A model generated the notes under the pieces. The model was given only the letters and a program-made list of their open reading frames with translations, had not been told where the DNA came from and did not search any database. A program made the translations under genes and the position numbers. This document shows positions 20,101 to 30,353 of a stretch of 64,000 nucleotides of DNA, piece by piece. Source of the DNA: an uncultured Gemmatimonadales bacterium (GTDB taxonomy: Bacteria > Gemmatimonadota > Gemmatimonadetes > Gemmatimonadales > GWC2-71-9); contig CAVYSW010000011.1 of the NCBI GenBank assembly GCA_963771275.1, positions 32,001 through 96,000 of the forward strand, read 5' to 3'. Each line of letters opens with the position of its first letter. Position 1 is the first letter of the stretch.

Positions 20101-22876
20101 GCCCGATCGCGAGCGCTACGCCGTGGGCGACACCGCCACCGTGCTGCTCGCCTCCCCCTTTACCGACGTCGAGGCCTGGGTCACGGTGGAGCGCGAGGGC
20201 ATCATCGAGCAGCGCCGGCTCCGCATCACCGCCGGCACCACCACGCTCACGTTCCCGATCACCGAGGCCTACGCGCCCAACGTCTTCGTGTCGGTGCTCG
20301 TCTCCAAGGGACGCACGGCGGCGCCTGCTGGCCTCGACGATCCGGGCCGGCCGGCGATCCGCGTGGGGTACGCCGAGCTGCGGGTGACGCCGGAGGTAAA
20401 GCGGCTCGCCGTAGCCGTGACGCCGCTCGCCGCGGAGTACCGTCCGGGCGACACCGCGCGGGTCCGCCTGGCCGTGACCGACGCGGCGGGCCGGGGGCAC
20501 CGCAGCGAGGTGACGCTCTGGGCGGTGGACGAGGGCGTCTTGGCCCTCACCGGCTATGAGACGCCGGATCCGATCGATCTGTTGTACCGCCCGCGCGGTG
20601 TCGGCCTGCGACTCGGCAGCAACCTCGTGGCCGTGGCGCCGCAGCTCGCACTGCAGCCGGGAACCGTCATGCTCGAGAAGGGTGCCGCACCGGGCGGCGG
20701 CGGCGGGCTGGACGTCGCCGGCATTCTCCGCTCGCGCTTCGCGTCCACCGCGTTCTTCCTCGGCTCGGTCGTCACGAACGACCGGGGCGAGGCGGTCGCC
20801 GCGGCGAAGCTCCCCGACAACCTCACGACGTTCCGCGTGATGGCGGTGGCGCTCACGACGCGTGACCGCTATGGGCATGGGAAATCACCGCTCCTGGTGA
20901 CGCGCCCACTGCTCGCGCGGCCCGCCCTGCCGCGGTTCGTGCGGGAGGGTGACCGGTTCGAGGCAGGCGCCGTGATCAACCACCGGCTGGGCCGCTCGGC
21001 GGACGTTACCGTCGAGGCGGAAGCGCGCGGCATCGCGCTCGACGGGAGCAGGCGCACGCGGGTGCAGCTCGCAGGCGGCCGCGCGCAGGAGGTCCGCTTC
21101 CCGTTCACCGGGCAGGACGGCGACACGGCCGTGTTCCGGTTCAAGGTGTCGAGCGGCGCCGAGGCTGACGCCGTCGAGGCGCGCGTCCCGATCCGGCCGG
21201 CGTTCCATGTCCGGAGTCATACGATCGCCGGCGTGCTGCACGACCGGGATTCGGTGACGTTCGCGCTCCCATCCGACATCGATCCCGCCCGCTCCCGGCT
21301 CGCCGTCCGGCTTGGCGTATCGCCGCTGTCCGTGATCCGGGCGATGTACGCGCGCATGCGGGTCTACCCGTACTACTGCAGCGAGCAGATCACCAGCGTC
21401 GCCCTGCCGCTGATCGCGCTGCTCGACGCCGCCCGCACGCTGGGCGACAGCACCGTGGCGCCGCGCACCGCCCGGGCGGACCTCGAGCAGGCGGTCCGTG
21501 TTCTCACGCGCCGGCAGCGCGCCGACGGCGGCATCGGCTACTGGGGCGCCGACGAGTGGACCAGCCCGTGGCTCACCGCGTACGCGGGGATCGCCTTGCT
21601 CGGCGCGCGCGACCTCGGTGTCGCCGTGTCCGACTCGGTGCTCCCCGCCATCGCCGCCTACCTCACGCGCGCGCTGCGCCGCCCGGAGGTGCAGTTCGCC
21701 TGGCTCGGCCCGTCCTTCCGACGCGAGCCGATCGCGCTCGGCGAGCAGCTGGCCGCGCTCGACTTCCTGGCCCGCTACGGCGCGTTCGACGCCGCGGCCG
21801 CCAACCGCCTGCGCGAGATCGCCCCCCGGCTGAGCCTGGCCGACCGCGCTCGGCTCGCCGACGTGCTCACCCGCGCCGGCCGCGTCGCCGACGCGCGGCA
21901 GATTCTCGAGCGCATCTGGAGCGCCACCACGGTGGAAGGACGCCGCGCCGTGCTCCCGCGTGACACCGCGTGGACGTTCTACTTCTGGTCACGCACGCGC
22001 GCGCCGGCCGCCGTGCTCGCCGCCACCGCCCGGCTGCAGCCGGACCACCCGTTGGTGGGTCCGCTGGTGGAAACGCTGCTCGGCGCCGTACGGGCGCAGC
22101 CGTGGTGGAGCACCCAGGACGTCGGCGCGGCCGTGCCCGCGCTCGCGCAGCTGGAGCGGGCCTGGCGCGCCGCGGGCGACCGCGGGCTCCGCGTCCGCGT
22201 CGGCGGCCGCATGCTGGCGCTCCCGGGTGATTCCGCCATCGCGCTCGGCGGCCTGCTCAGCGGTCGGGGTGACGAGCCCCGCGGACTCACCGTGCGGCTC
22301 GAAGCGCAACGCGAAGGGCCGGCCGTGTTCTACGACGTCACGGTCGAGGAAGTCCCGTCACGGCAGCCCGTGCGGCCCGACGACGCCGGGATTCGCGTCG
22401 AGCGGTGGTACGAGTCGCTCCGGGGCGGCGACCCCGTGACGAGCGTCGCGGCGGGGGAGATCGTGCGGGTGAAGCTCCGCGTCACGGTCCCGACCGAGCG
22501 GCAGTTCGTCGTGCTCGACGATCCGCTGCCCGGCGGGCTCGAGGCGGTGGACGTGAGTCTCAGGACACAGGGCGAGCTGCCCGGCGTCGAGGCCGACCGC
22601 GCGGGACGCGAGCGGACCGAGCCCCGGAGCCACGACTTCGGCATGTGGTGGGGCGAGTGGTGGTCGCCGTTCGATCACCGCGAGATCCGAGACGACCGCG
22701 TCGTGTTCGCCGCGACCCGGCTCCCGCCCGGCACGTACTACGCGACCTACGTCGCGCGCGCGACGACGCCGGGTACGTTCGTTCGACCGCCGGCGTTTGC
22801 CGAAGAGATGTACAACCCGGCGGTGCAAGGCCGCACCGACGGCGGGACGTTCACGGTGGCGGCCCCGGCGCGATGA
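17195..22876 (+). CDS. yfhM: Bacterial alpha-2-macroglobulin family protein
   Basis: 1893 aa; FTERGIYRPGE, EYRPPEF, LWAVDEGVL, LPDNLTTFRVMAVA, thioester YPYYCSEQ, DPLPGGLE, AEEMYNP. Confidence 0.93.
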   Translation: MLSPRLLALSLAAAAFQGNGSDDLQVLRHLPQDDAAPTAVILITFDRPVAEDLDRSVPAASVLSIEPAVSGKADWRDPVTLRFTPSELLPIGTRYTVSVSNAFTASDGSRLAEPYRFVFRVRGPSVLANSIATLGDAAQYVDTRPRIALVMSGPGDFQLLTRTAWIELAPQCGGERVVRLTLVGDRAIDDRDPWQYRRWTRDDDTGDRGDRVRLVELAPVRALPRDCAAVLNLPQRADTELPGEPRRWAFHTYGPLRLLEARCGTERWCATGPLRLRFSTPVRGAALAAALRLTPPAAILWNDTAAERSEWWLSGELKPRTTYIVVLDSALRDVFGQRLGPVEGQVARTTGYTPYVQYPLGRLLVERAASRTLALTYMNVGTVVAATTPIPDSLLPELLGRPWGHAELLAQLGGSRIDTLAVQHQNDRAGIAVLQLPAWNAQRPASPGLVAVQADTSLKDLRRAPVALVQVTDLAVHARLGLADGAVWVVGAGDGRPRQGADVTLYDGHGRVRLRGTTDAQGLVRFPALPPQPPDTADAEADWYRRSFDGYVTAVLGNDRAIATLSQSDWELNPWRFNVRGAWGGERAPVAAAVFTERGIYRPGEIVHAKLIVRRGLLGTLAPPAAGDSARVKFTDREGETVRDTVVRLSEFGTADEALTVPDGAALGSYQVEVAAVADGQWSWIGNAGYRVAEYRPPEFLADARAADTVRLAGDSLTVTIDGRYLFGAPMAGAALQWALTRTSVTPWELRIPGTERFSLTEARWWWEETSSFPAVVAQGADSLDADGALSLTQALPPAEAGQPYRATVTATIMDVNRQTASASAGALVHPAAFYLGARAAGDEYFWRAGRPHEAEVIAVRPNGARVPGVAVTGVLVRREWHRVRRERGGYSEIVGEWVADTVGTCAVTTTADGPARCRVSPTAAGQYTLRFTAVDPAGHAVAAGLYRWVTGADWVPWFDETQLKMDVVPDRERYAVGDTATVLLASPFTDVEAWVTVEREGIIEQRRLRITAGTTTLTFPITEAYAPNVFVSVLVSKGRTAAPAGLDDPGRPAIRVGYAELRVTPEVKRLAVAVTPLAAEYRPGDTARVRLAVTDAAGRGHRSEVTLWAVDEGVLALTGYETPDPIDLLYRPRGVGLRLGSNLVAVAPQLALQPGTVMLEKGAAPGGGGGLDVAGILRSRFASTAFFLGSVVTNDRGEAVAAAKLPDNLTTFRVMAVALTTRDRYGHGKSPLLVTRPLLARPALPRFVREGDRFEAGAVINHRLGRSADVTVEAEARGIALDGSRRTRVQLAGGRAQEVRFPFTGQDGDTAVFRFKVSSGAEADAVEARVPIRPAFHVRSHTIAGVLHDRDSVTFALPSDIDPARSRLAVRLGVSPLSVIRAMYARMRVYPYYCSEQITSVALPLIALLDAARTLGDSTVAPRTARADLEQAVRVLTRRQRADGGIGYWGADEWTSPWLTAYAGIALLGARDLGVAVSDSVLPAIAAYLTRALRRPEVQFAWLGPSFRREPIALGEQLAALDFLARYGAFDAAAANRLREIAPRLSLADRARLADVLTRAGRVADARQILERIWSATTVEGRRAVLPRDTAWTFYFWSRTRAPAAVLAATARLQPDHPLVGPLVETLLGAVRAQPWWSTQDVGAAVPALAQLERAWRAAGDRGLRVRVGGRMLALPGDSAIALGGLLSGRGDEPRGLTVRLEAQREGPAVFYDVTVEEVPSRQPVRPDDAGIRVERWYESLRGGDPVTSVAAGEIVRVKLRVTVPTERQFVVLDDPLPGGLEAVDVSLRTQGELPGVEADRAGRERTEPRSHDFGMWWGEWWSPFDHREIRDDRVVFAATRLPPGTYYATYVARATTPGTFVRPPAFAEEMYNPAVQGRTDGGTFTVAAPAR

Positions 22877-25143
22877 CGGCGATCCGGCGGGTGCTGCTCG
22901 GCGCCGCCGCCGCCGCGGCGGTGGGCGGAGCCGCGGTCATCGCATGGGTCGCGTGGCCACTCCCCGCGGGCCCGCTCGCCCCGCCGGCGACGACCAGCCT
23001 CACCGTGCTCGACCGGTTCGGGCAGCCGCTCCGCATCGGTCGCGCCGGCGACGAGGCCGACCGGCGCTGGATCCCGCTCGACGAGGTGGACCCCGACCTG
23101 CTCCGCGCATTCATCGCGCTCGAGGACCACCGCTTCACCGCGCATTCCGGGGTCGATCCCCGGGCCGTCCTGCGTGCCGCGCGCGCGAACTGGCGCGCCG
23201 GCCGCGTGGTCTCCGGCGCGTCGACCATCACCATGCAGCTCGCACGGCTGGTCCGGCCCCTTCCCAGGAACTGGGCGGGCAAGGCGCGTCAGGCGCTCTG
23301 GGCCCTGCGGCTCGACGCGCACCTCACGAAGCAGCAGATCCTCGAGCAGTACCTCAATCGCGTACCGCTGGGACAGGGCACGATCGGGATCGCGGCGGCG
23401 GCGGACCTCTACTTCGACGCGAGCGCGCGCCAGCTGAGCCTGGGCCAGGCGGTGCTGCTCGCGGGCCTCGCCACCGCCCCCTCGCGCGACAACCCGATGG
23501 TGGATCGCGCCCGCGCCACCCGACTCCGCGCCGCGGCGCTCGGACGGATGCGGGCCAGGAGCATGGTAACCGAGGCGGACAGCGCGCGTGCCGCCGCCGA
23601 GCCGGTCGTCACCGCGCGGCCGCCGACGTTCGACGCGCCGCACTTCACGACGCGGGTGCTGGGCGAAGCGGCGGGAACGGCAGGAGCGGCCGAGATACGG
23701 ACCACGCTGGATCGCGCGCTGCAGACCGAGATCGAGTCGGAAGTCCGGCACACTGTGGCGACGCTGGCGGAGCGCGGCGGGCATGACGCCGCGGCCGTCG
23801 TGCTCGACAACCGGTCGGGCGAGGTGCTCGCCTGGGTGGGCTCACCCGACTTCTGGAGCGACGCGGCCGGTCAGGTGGACATGGTGACGTCCCCCCGGCA
23901 GCCGGGCTCGGCGCTGAAGCCATTCCTCTACGGGCTGGCCTTCGACCACGGCGAGACACCCGCCTCCGTGCTGCCGGACGTGGCTCGCAGCTACGTCACC
24001 CCGGCCGGCGTGTACGCCCCCCGCAACTACGATCGCCGGTTTCACGGACCGGTGCGCGCGCGCGAAGCGTTGGCAAGCTCGCACAATGTGCCGGCGGTGG
24101 AGCTGACGCATCGGCTGGGCATCGGGGCCCTGCTCGAGACACTCCACCGCGCGGGCTTCGCGTCGCTCGCCGGCTCGGCCGATCACTACGGGCTGGGGCT
24201 CGCGCTGGGGAATGGCGACGTCACGCTCATCGAGCTGGCCAACGGCTACCGCACATTGGCGAACGGCGGCGTGTGGTCACCGTGGACGTGGCACCCCGCG
24301 GGCTCCGCGCCGCCCGGTCCCGAGTCGCGCGTCATGTCGCCCGTGGCCGCCGCCCTGGTGCTCGACATCCTCGCCGATCCGGTGGCGCGGATGCCGGGGT
24401 TCGGGCCGGAGACGCCGTTCGCCTTCCCGTTCTCGGCCGCGGTGAAGACCGGCACGAGCCGGAACTTCACCGACAACTGGGCGGTCGCGGTCACCGGTCG
24501 CTTCACCGTGGCCGTCTGGGTGGGCGACGCTGCCGGCCGCCCGATGGAGCGGGTGAGCGGCGTGAGCGGCGCCGGCCCGCTGCTGCAGCGCGCGGTGCTG
24601 CGCACGGCGCAGCGTTACGCACCCGGCGTGCTCCCCACCCCGGCGGAGTCGGGCGCGCGGCGGGTCCGGATCTGCGCGCTGTCCGGCGGCCTGGCCACCG
24701 ATCGCTGCCCGGGCATCCCCGAGTGGGTTCCAGCGGCCGCCCAGCTTACGCCGTGCACGTGGCACCGGCCGGAGGGGACCGTGCTGCCAGAGGCCTACGC
24801 CGAGTGGGCGGCGGGGCTGGATCGGGGGCGTTCAGGCGACGCGGGGGCCGCGCTGGCGGGTGGACACCCCACTCCGCCGCCCACTGCGGTCGACGCTGCG
24901 CGCGCCATCCGCATTCTCTCGCCGCTCGACGGCGACCGCTACAGCGTCCCCGCCGGCACCGATCCGCAGTACGCCACGGTGGCGCTCCGCGCCGTGACGC
25001 GTGAGCCGGCGGGGCCCGTCCGCTGGTTCGTGGACGGACGGCTGATTCGGACGGAACGCTGGCGTCTCGTCGTGGGGGAGCACACCGTGCGCGCGGTCGC
25101 GGCGGACGGGGCCAGCGACCAGGTGCGGATTGTGGTCGAGTGA
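22873..25143 (+). CDS. pbpC: Penicillin-binding protein 1C
   Basis: ATGA overlap with A2M; EDHRF and GASTITMQLAR (transglycosylase); SALK, SHN, KTGTS (transpeptidase); C-terminal Ig-like domain. Confidence 0.92.
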   Translation: MTAIRRVLLGAAAAAAVGGAAVIAWVAWPLPAGPLAPPATTSLTVLDRFGQPLRIGRAGDEADRRWIPLDEVDPDLLRAFIALEDHRFTAHSGVDPRAVLRAARANWRAGRVVSGASTITMQLARLVRPLPRNWAGKARQALWALRLDAHLTKQQILEQYLNRVPLGQGTIGIAAAADLYFDASARQLSLGQAVLLAGLATAPSRDNPMVDRARATRLRAAALGRMRARSMVTEADSARAAAEPVVTARPPTFDAPHFTTRVLGEAAGTAGAAEIRTTLDRALQTEIESEVRHTVATLAERGGHDAAAVVLDNRSGEVLAWVGSPDFWSDAAGQVDMVTSPRQPGSALKPFLYGLAFDHGETPASVLPDVARSYVTPAGVYAPRNYDRRFHGPVRAREALASSHNVPAVELTHRLGIGALLETLHRAGFASLAGSADHYGLGLALGNGDVTLIELANGYRTLANGGVWSPWTWHPAGSAPPGPESRVMSPVAAALVLDILADPVARMPGFGPETPFAFPFSAAVKTGTSRNFTDNWAVAVTGRFTVAVWVGDAAGRPMERVSGVSGAGPLLQRAVLRTAQRYAPGVLPTPAESGARRVRICALSGGLATDRCPGIPEWVPAAAQLTPCTWHRPEGTVLPEAYAEWAAGLDRGRSGDAGAALAGGHPTPPPTAVDAARAIRILSPLDGDRYSVPAGTDPQYATVALRAVTREPAGPVRWFVDGRLIRTERWRLVVGEHTVRAVAADGASDQVRIVVE

Positions 25144-25191
25144 CTGCAGATTGCAGACTGTAAAACACAATCTGCAATCTTCAATCTGCCA
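25144..25191. repeat. Inverted heptamer arrays between convergent genes (probable terminator hairpin)
   Basis: CTGCAGA TTGCAGA CTGTAAA ... CAATCTG CAATCTT CAATCTG. Confidence 0.7.
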
Positions 25192-28100
25192 TCAGAACCG
25201 TATCTCCACTCCCAGCCGCATGTGCCGCGGCGCACCCAGGAAGGCCCACGGGCCGTAGAACAGGTCGTACAGCGCGCCGAATGCCGCCCGCCACTCGGCT
25301 TCGTCATACAGCCCGTCGCCGTCGCCCCAGCGCGCTTCCGCTTTGCGCAGCAGCACGCAGTTCACGGGGCCGCCGGGCCACGTATCGCAACCGCTGCGCA
25401 GATCCGCCGCCATCAGCGTCTCGCCGTTCTTCGTGACCGTAGTCAGGTAGCCACCCGCCTCCTGTTGGAGCCGCGCGATCTCACCTGCCTCGAATCGCTC
25501 CCGATGCAGATCGTTCGTCGTGGTGCCGGTCTCCGCGAAGACTCGCAGCGTGTTGGTGAAGCCGAACAGGTTCCGGAAATCGCCGAATACGCTCCAGCTG
25601 AGCCCGCTGATGCGCATCCGCTTGCTCACACGGAGGTCCAGCTCCTTGATCGCAGGCGTCCGGGAGGATCCGACCGGCTCGGCCTGCGTGCCCGATACAT
25701 AGGGGCTGATCGTGCCGAGGCCCTCGTTGTGGAGACGGGTGTACGAGGTTCCCGACGCGATGCGGAACTGCGCTGACAGTTCCCCACCACTCGCCAGACT
25801 CGCCAGCCAGCCGCCGCCGGCCCCGGGGGCCCGCAACCAGACGCGCCCCGCCACGCTGTGCTCGCGATCCGGGTTCGCATCGAACGTTCGGTTGGCGTCC
25901 TGGAGACTGTACCCGATGCGGGCGTCGAGCCACTCGCCCGCCCGACCAATGATCCCAACGTCGAGACCCTTGATGGTCGCGGCAGTCACGTTCGCGGCGA
26001 CGAGGACGTTCATGGTCTTGTCGGTTGCCGGATCGTAGTACTCGCGGATCCGGTACTCGACCTCATCGTCTCTCGTCTTGAGATAGCCCGCCACGTCGAG
26101 CAGCAGGTAGCGCCCCACCGCGCCGCGAGCCCCCACCTCCATCACCCACGACCGCGGGCTCGCCAGGTCCCTGCTGAACCCGTCCAGCGTCGACGAGAAG
26201 GCGAGATCCTGGTTCTTCGCCCCGTACAGGACGCTCGTCCCGGGAGGCTGCACCTGGCGCGCGATCGCGAGCCGCAGCCCCACCCCAGGGATGCCCGCGT
26301 ACGCGAGCCGCAGGCGCGGCGAGACCACGCTGCGCGCCGCGGCGGGCGCAAAGACCGAGTCCGCCGGGTCTGTTGGATCGCTGGGGTCGAAGCGCGGGTG
26401 CGTGAAGATCCGACCCGGCACCACTGGATAGCTGGTGTTGGGATCGAACCGATCCCACCGGAGTCCGGCCTCCAGCACGACCGCTCCAGGGGTGAACCGA
26501 TAGTCCGCGAACAGACCCGCCTGGCGCGGCGCCTCCGCATAGAGGCTCATGTCGATCTGACTGACGAGGCGCCCGTTGAAGAAGCTCACCCGCGAGGTCT
26601 CGAGCTCGGCGCCGCCGCGCACGCGATGCCGCGCCGACGGCTGCCAATCGGCGTACCCGCGCGCGATCCAGTGCCGGAAGTCGGCCAAAGTCGTCAGCGG
26701 GTACCCCGTCTCCAGCCCGCTCGTGGGGAGACCGGTGGCGACCGCCCACGGGTTCATCCGGTAGGCCTGCCCGGCGGTCAGGTCGGTGCGATTCCAATAC
26801 GGCACCCGTGTCCCGGCATTGGTCCAGGTGTTGGCCACGAGCCGGTCCCAATCGGCGTCGCTCGTGAGCCGGGCGACCGCCCCGGCTCCCGTGTCGGCCG
26901 AGAAGTGATCGAAGTCGACCAGGAACTGTATCGGGTCCAGCACGATCCCGCTCGACGGCCTCTCGTGCGCCGCCGACCACCCGACATCCAGCACGCCGCT
27001 CACCAGCCGGTCCACCTGGCGGGAGAGCGCGACGTGCACCGTCACCGCGCTCGGCAGCCGCTGCTCCCAGTTCAGCACGAAAGCGGTGCCCGTCCGCCGG
27101 GTCCCGGTGTACGCCTCCCGGTCGAACGCGAGCGAGCCCCGGGCCACGTCTGTCCCTGCGAGAGGTCGTGGAACACGGTGAGCCCGACGCGCGAGCCGGC
27201 ACCGTAGCGCCAGTCGGCCCGTCCGCTCAGGGTGAGCGCCGTGCTCCAGTCGTCCGGGAACCGCCGTCCGTGGCAGGCGGTGTCGAAGTTGTCGGTGGAC
27301 GCGCAATCTCCGCTGTACTGGATGAACTTGGGGATCGTGACTTGCTGTGTCCCGTCGGGCGTCACCTCCGTGACGGTGGTGTCGACGCCGCCCGGAACAT
27401 AGGCCCGCACGTCCGCCGTGCCGGCCCCTTGGGGCACGGCGCTCTCGCCCTGGAGCGTCGCCGAGGCGAACACGCGCAGCCGGCCGAACGGTGAGCCCCC
27501 GCCGAACGCCTCAAATCGGTTGAACCCGATGCTGGTGCCGCTCCCGAACATCGCGTCGGTCGCGCCCGTGAAGCCGGCGTGCCACCGTGAGCCTCCCGAG
27601 CGCGACACCAAATTGATGACGCCCGACTGCGCGTTCCCGAACGGGGCCGACAGCGGCCCGTTGAACAGGATGACTTCCTCGAGGGCGTTGGTGCCCGGCC
27701 CGAAGCCGAACGCGCGGCCCGGCGCGATCCTGAAGGGGACGCCGTCGAGGTAGACCGGCGCCTCGCCGCTTCTCCCGGCCCGCACGATGGGGCCGTCGCC
27801 GTCGTCGGTCTCGACCACGCCGACCGCGGTACGCAACGCGCCGCGAATGTCGTCCACCGGAAGGGCGCGCAGCGCCTCACCGGTCAGCGTCACGCGTGAG
27901 GTCGGGTCGAGCAGCTCGCTCCGCCCGGGAACGGCGACGATGCGCGACCCGCCAGCCTCGATCCGGAAGTCGAGTCGAGTCGCCAGATCCGCGTGGACCC
28001 GCACCTCGGCAACGTCGAGGGCGAGACCGCCGGGAGCCTCGACCCGCACGTCGTGCGTCCCCACTGGGAGATCCGGCAGAACGTAGGAGCCCCGCGCGTC

Positions 28101-28289
28101 GGACCGGACCGAGAAGCCCAAGGCCGGCACCGCGATCGCGACACCGGCCACCGGGCGCCCGCCTTCGTCCGTGACGCGGCCCGCCAGCGCGCCGACGATG
28201 CCCTGGCCCTCGAGCGTGATCGGGAACATCAGGAACGCCGCAACCACCGCACCCCGCATCACCACGAACCGCGCACGCGCTGGACGCAT
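25192..28289 (-). CDS. TonB-dependent receptor with N-terminal carboxypeptidase-regulatory-like domain, frameshift near 27140
   Basis: LAGRVTDEGG, plug motifs VYLDGVP and FGNAQSGVINLV, barrel motifs GLRWDRFD and SPRLRLAY, C-terminal PRHMRLGVEIRF. Confidence 0.85.
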
Positions 28290-28384
28290 GAGGGACTCCT
28301 CCGTGCGGCAAAGGAACGGCCGTCAGGAACGCCCTTGCTATATGCGCGGCGGTCCGGCCCGCCACAAGACTATCTTCCACCCCC

Positions 28385-29026
28385 ATGACAACCGGCCGGG
28401 TCTCGACCTACCTGTTCGACCTCGACGGGACCCTGATCGACTCGATCGATCTCATCCTCGCCTCGTACCGCCACACGATGGTGGCCCACGGGCAGGACCC
28501 GCGCGACGACCGCTTCTGGCTCACGGGTCTCGGTACCCCGTTGTCGGCCCAGTTCCGCCGCGTGAGCGACGATGCCGACGGGGTCGAGGCGATGGTCGAG
28601 ACGTATCGGGAGTACAACCTCGCCAACCACGACCGTCTGGTGCGGCCGTACGACGGCATCGCGGCGGCGGTGGCCACGCTCGCGCGGCGCGGCACGCTCG
28701 GCCTCGTCACGAGCAAGGCCCACACCGGCGCGGAGCGCGGCCTTCGGCTGGTCGGGCTGGATCGCTTCTTCCCGGTGATCGTCGGCGTCGAAGACGTCGC
28801 CCGCCACAAGCCCGACCCCGAGCCGGTCCGCCGGGCGATCGAGCTGCTCGCCGCCAATCCGGCAACCACCGTGTTCGTCGGCGATTCCCCGCACGACATG
28901 GCGGCGGGCCGGGCCGCGGGCGTCCGCACCGCGGCAGCGCTGTGGGGTCCGTTCAGCCGGGCCGAGCTCGAGCCCCACGCGCCGGATTCCTGGCTGGCGA
29001 GTCCGGCGGATCTCCTGGCGCTGTGA
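28385..29026 (+). CDS. HAD-superfamily hydrolase, PpaX/phosphoglycolate-phosphatase-like
   Basis: LFDLDGTLIDS, VTSK, KPDPEP, VGDSPHD. Confidence 0.88.
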   Translation: MTTGRVSTYLFDLDGTLIDSIDLILASYRHTMVAHGQDPRDDRFWLTGLGTPLSAQFRRVSDDADGVEAMVETYREYNLANHDRLVRPYDGIAAAVATLARRGTLGLVTSKAHTGAERGLRLVGLDRFFPVIVGVEDVARHKPDPEPVRRAIELLAANPATTVFVGDSPHDMAAGRAAGVRTAAALWGPFSRAELEPHAPDSWLASPADLLAL

Positions 29027-29083
29027 CGACCGCGCTCCTGTCCGGACCCGCCTGACGTTCAAACCCCGCGGACGCTCTGCGTG

Positions 29084-29110
29084 TCAAACCCGGAGCCGCA
29101 GGAAGCGTCA
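29084..29110 (+). promoter_or_regulatory. Candidate ECF-sigma promoter
   Basis: TCAAAC-N16-CGTCA upstream of the DUF4097 gene. Confidence 0.4.
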
Positions 29111-29166
29111 GGGGTAGAGGGGAAGTGGGGCAAGTGCGAGGAAAACAGGTACCGGGAGGACGGACC

Positions 29167-30246
29167 ATGTGGTTCTCAACGAGACAACTCCGGGCATTGC
29201 TGCTGCCGGCTGCAACCGGCCTGGCCGTCGCCGCGATCGCGGCCGCGCCGGCCTCGGCGCAGGGCGTCGAGCGGTTTCAGGTGGCCGGTGACAGGGTCGC
29301 GATCTATAACCTGGCCGGCATCGCCACGCTCGAGCCGGGCACGGGTTCCGCGGTGGTGGTCGAGGTCAGGCGTGGCGGCAAGGATGGCGCCCGCCTCACG
29401 ATCGAGCAGGGGCCGATCGAGGGCGTCGCCACGCTGCGGGTCGTGTACCCGGACGATCAGATCGTCTACGCTCCGGCGAGCGGGACCTGGCACGGCTCGT
29501 CGAACACCAGCGTCCAGGACGACGGGACGTTCGGCGATGGCGGCCGCAGGGGCCGCGAGGTCCGGATCCGTTCCTCGGGGAGCGGCATGGAGGCGTGGGG
29601 CGATCTCCACGTCGCCGTGCCGCGGGGGCAGCGGCTCGATCTCCATCTCGTCGTAGGTGAGATGAAGGTGACCAACGTCAACGGCACGCTGTTCCTCGAT
29701 GGCGGTGCCACGAACGCAACGACCACCGGTACGACGGGCAGTCTCTCCGTCGACGTCGGCTCCGGCAACGTGCGCGTGACCGGCGCCACGGGCGACCTCA
29801 AGGTGGACACCGGATCGGGCGACGTCTGGATCGACGGAGCCGGGGGCGGCGACGTCTGGGTGGACACGGGCTCCGGCAACATCTCGCTTGGCCAGGTGGA
29901 GGCGGGGACCGTTCGCCTCGATACGGGCTCGGGAACCGTGGACGGCGTCCAGGTCAGCGCGGACAATCTGACCGTCGATACCGGGAGCGGTGACGTGACC
30001 CTCTCGTTCGACGGCACGCCGAAAGACGTCGCGGTCGATGCCGGATCCGCCACGGTGGCGCTGACGTTCCCCTCCAACTACGCCGCCGCGGTGGACCTCG
30101 AGACGAGCTCGGGCAATCTGACGGTGGACTTCCCGCTCCGGGTCAATCTGCGCGAGCGGGGCCGCGTGACCGGCGCGATCGGCAGCGGCGTCGCCCGCCT
30201 CCATGTCGACACCGGCTCCGGGGACATCCAGATCAAGCAGCGCTGA
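29167..30246 (+). CDS. DUF4097 / putative adhesin beta-strand repeat protein
   Basis: RBS GGAGGA; signal peptide; many VDTGSGDV repeats. Confidence 0.85.
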   Translation: MWFSTRQLRALLLPAATGLAVAAIAAAPASAQGVERFQVAGDRVAIYNLAGIATLEPGTGSAVVVEVRRGGKDGARLTIEQGPIEGVATLRVVYPDDQIVYAPASGTWHGSSNTSVQDDGTFGDGGRRGREVRIRSSGSGMEAWGDLHVAVPRGQRLDLHLVVGEMKVTNVNGTLFLDGGATNATTTGTTGSLSVDVGSGNVRVTGATGDLKVDTGSGDVWIDGAGGGDVWVDTGSGNISLGQVEAGTVRLDTGSGTVDGVQVSADNLTVDTGSGDVTLSFDGTPKDVAVDAGSATVALTFPSNYAAAVDLETSSGNLTVDFPLRVNLRERGRVTGAIGSGVARLHVDTGSGDIQIKQR

Positions 30247-30247
30247 G

Positions 30248-30344
30248 GATGGCCGATCGCCGATAGGCCGATAGCCGATCGCAGCGGTTCGCAGTCGCGG
30301 ATCGCGTACTTCCGTCGGCCATCGGCTATCGGCCATCGGCTATC
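30248..30344. repeat. Inverted heptamer arrays (GATVGCC)n ... (YRTCGGC)n
   Basis: GATGGCC GATCGCC GATAGGCC GATAGCC ... CGTCGGC CATCGGC TATCGGC CATCGGC. Confidence 0.75.
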
Positions 30345-30353
30345 TTTCCCCCC

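Noticed and set aside
17162..20878. Very long antisense or alternate-frame ORFs (17162-20878, 55386-57545, 51318-52970, 62082-63806 and others)
   Set aside because: Shadow ORFs of high-GC coding strands; R/A/G/P-rich with no motifs, opposite well-supported genes.
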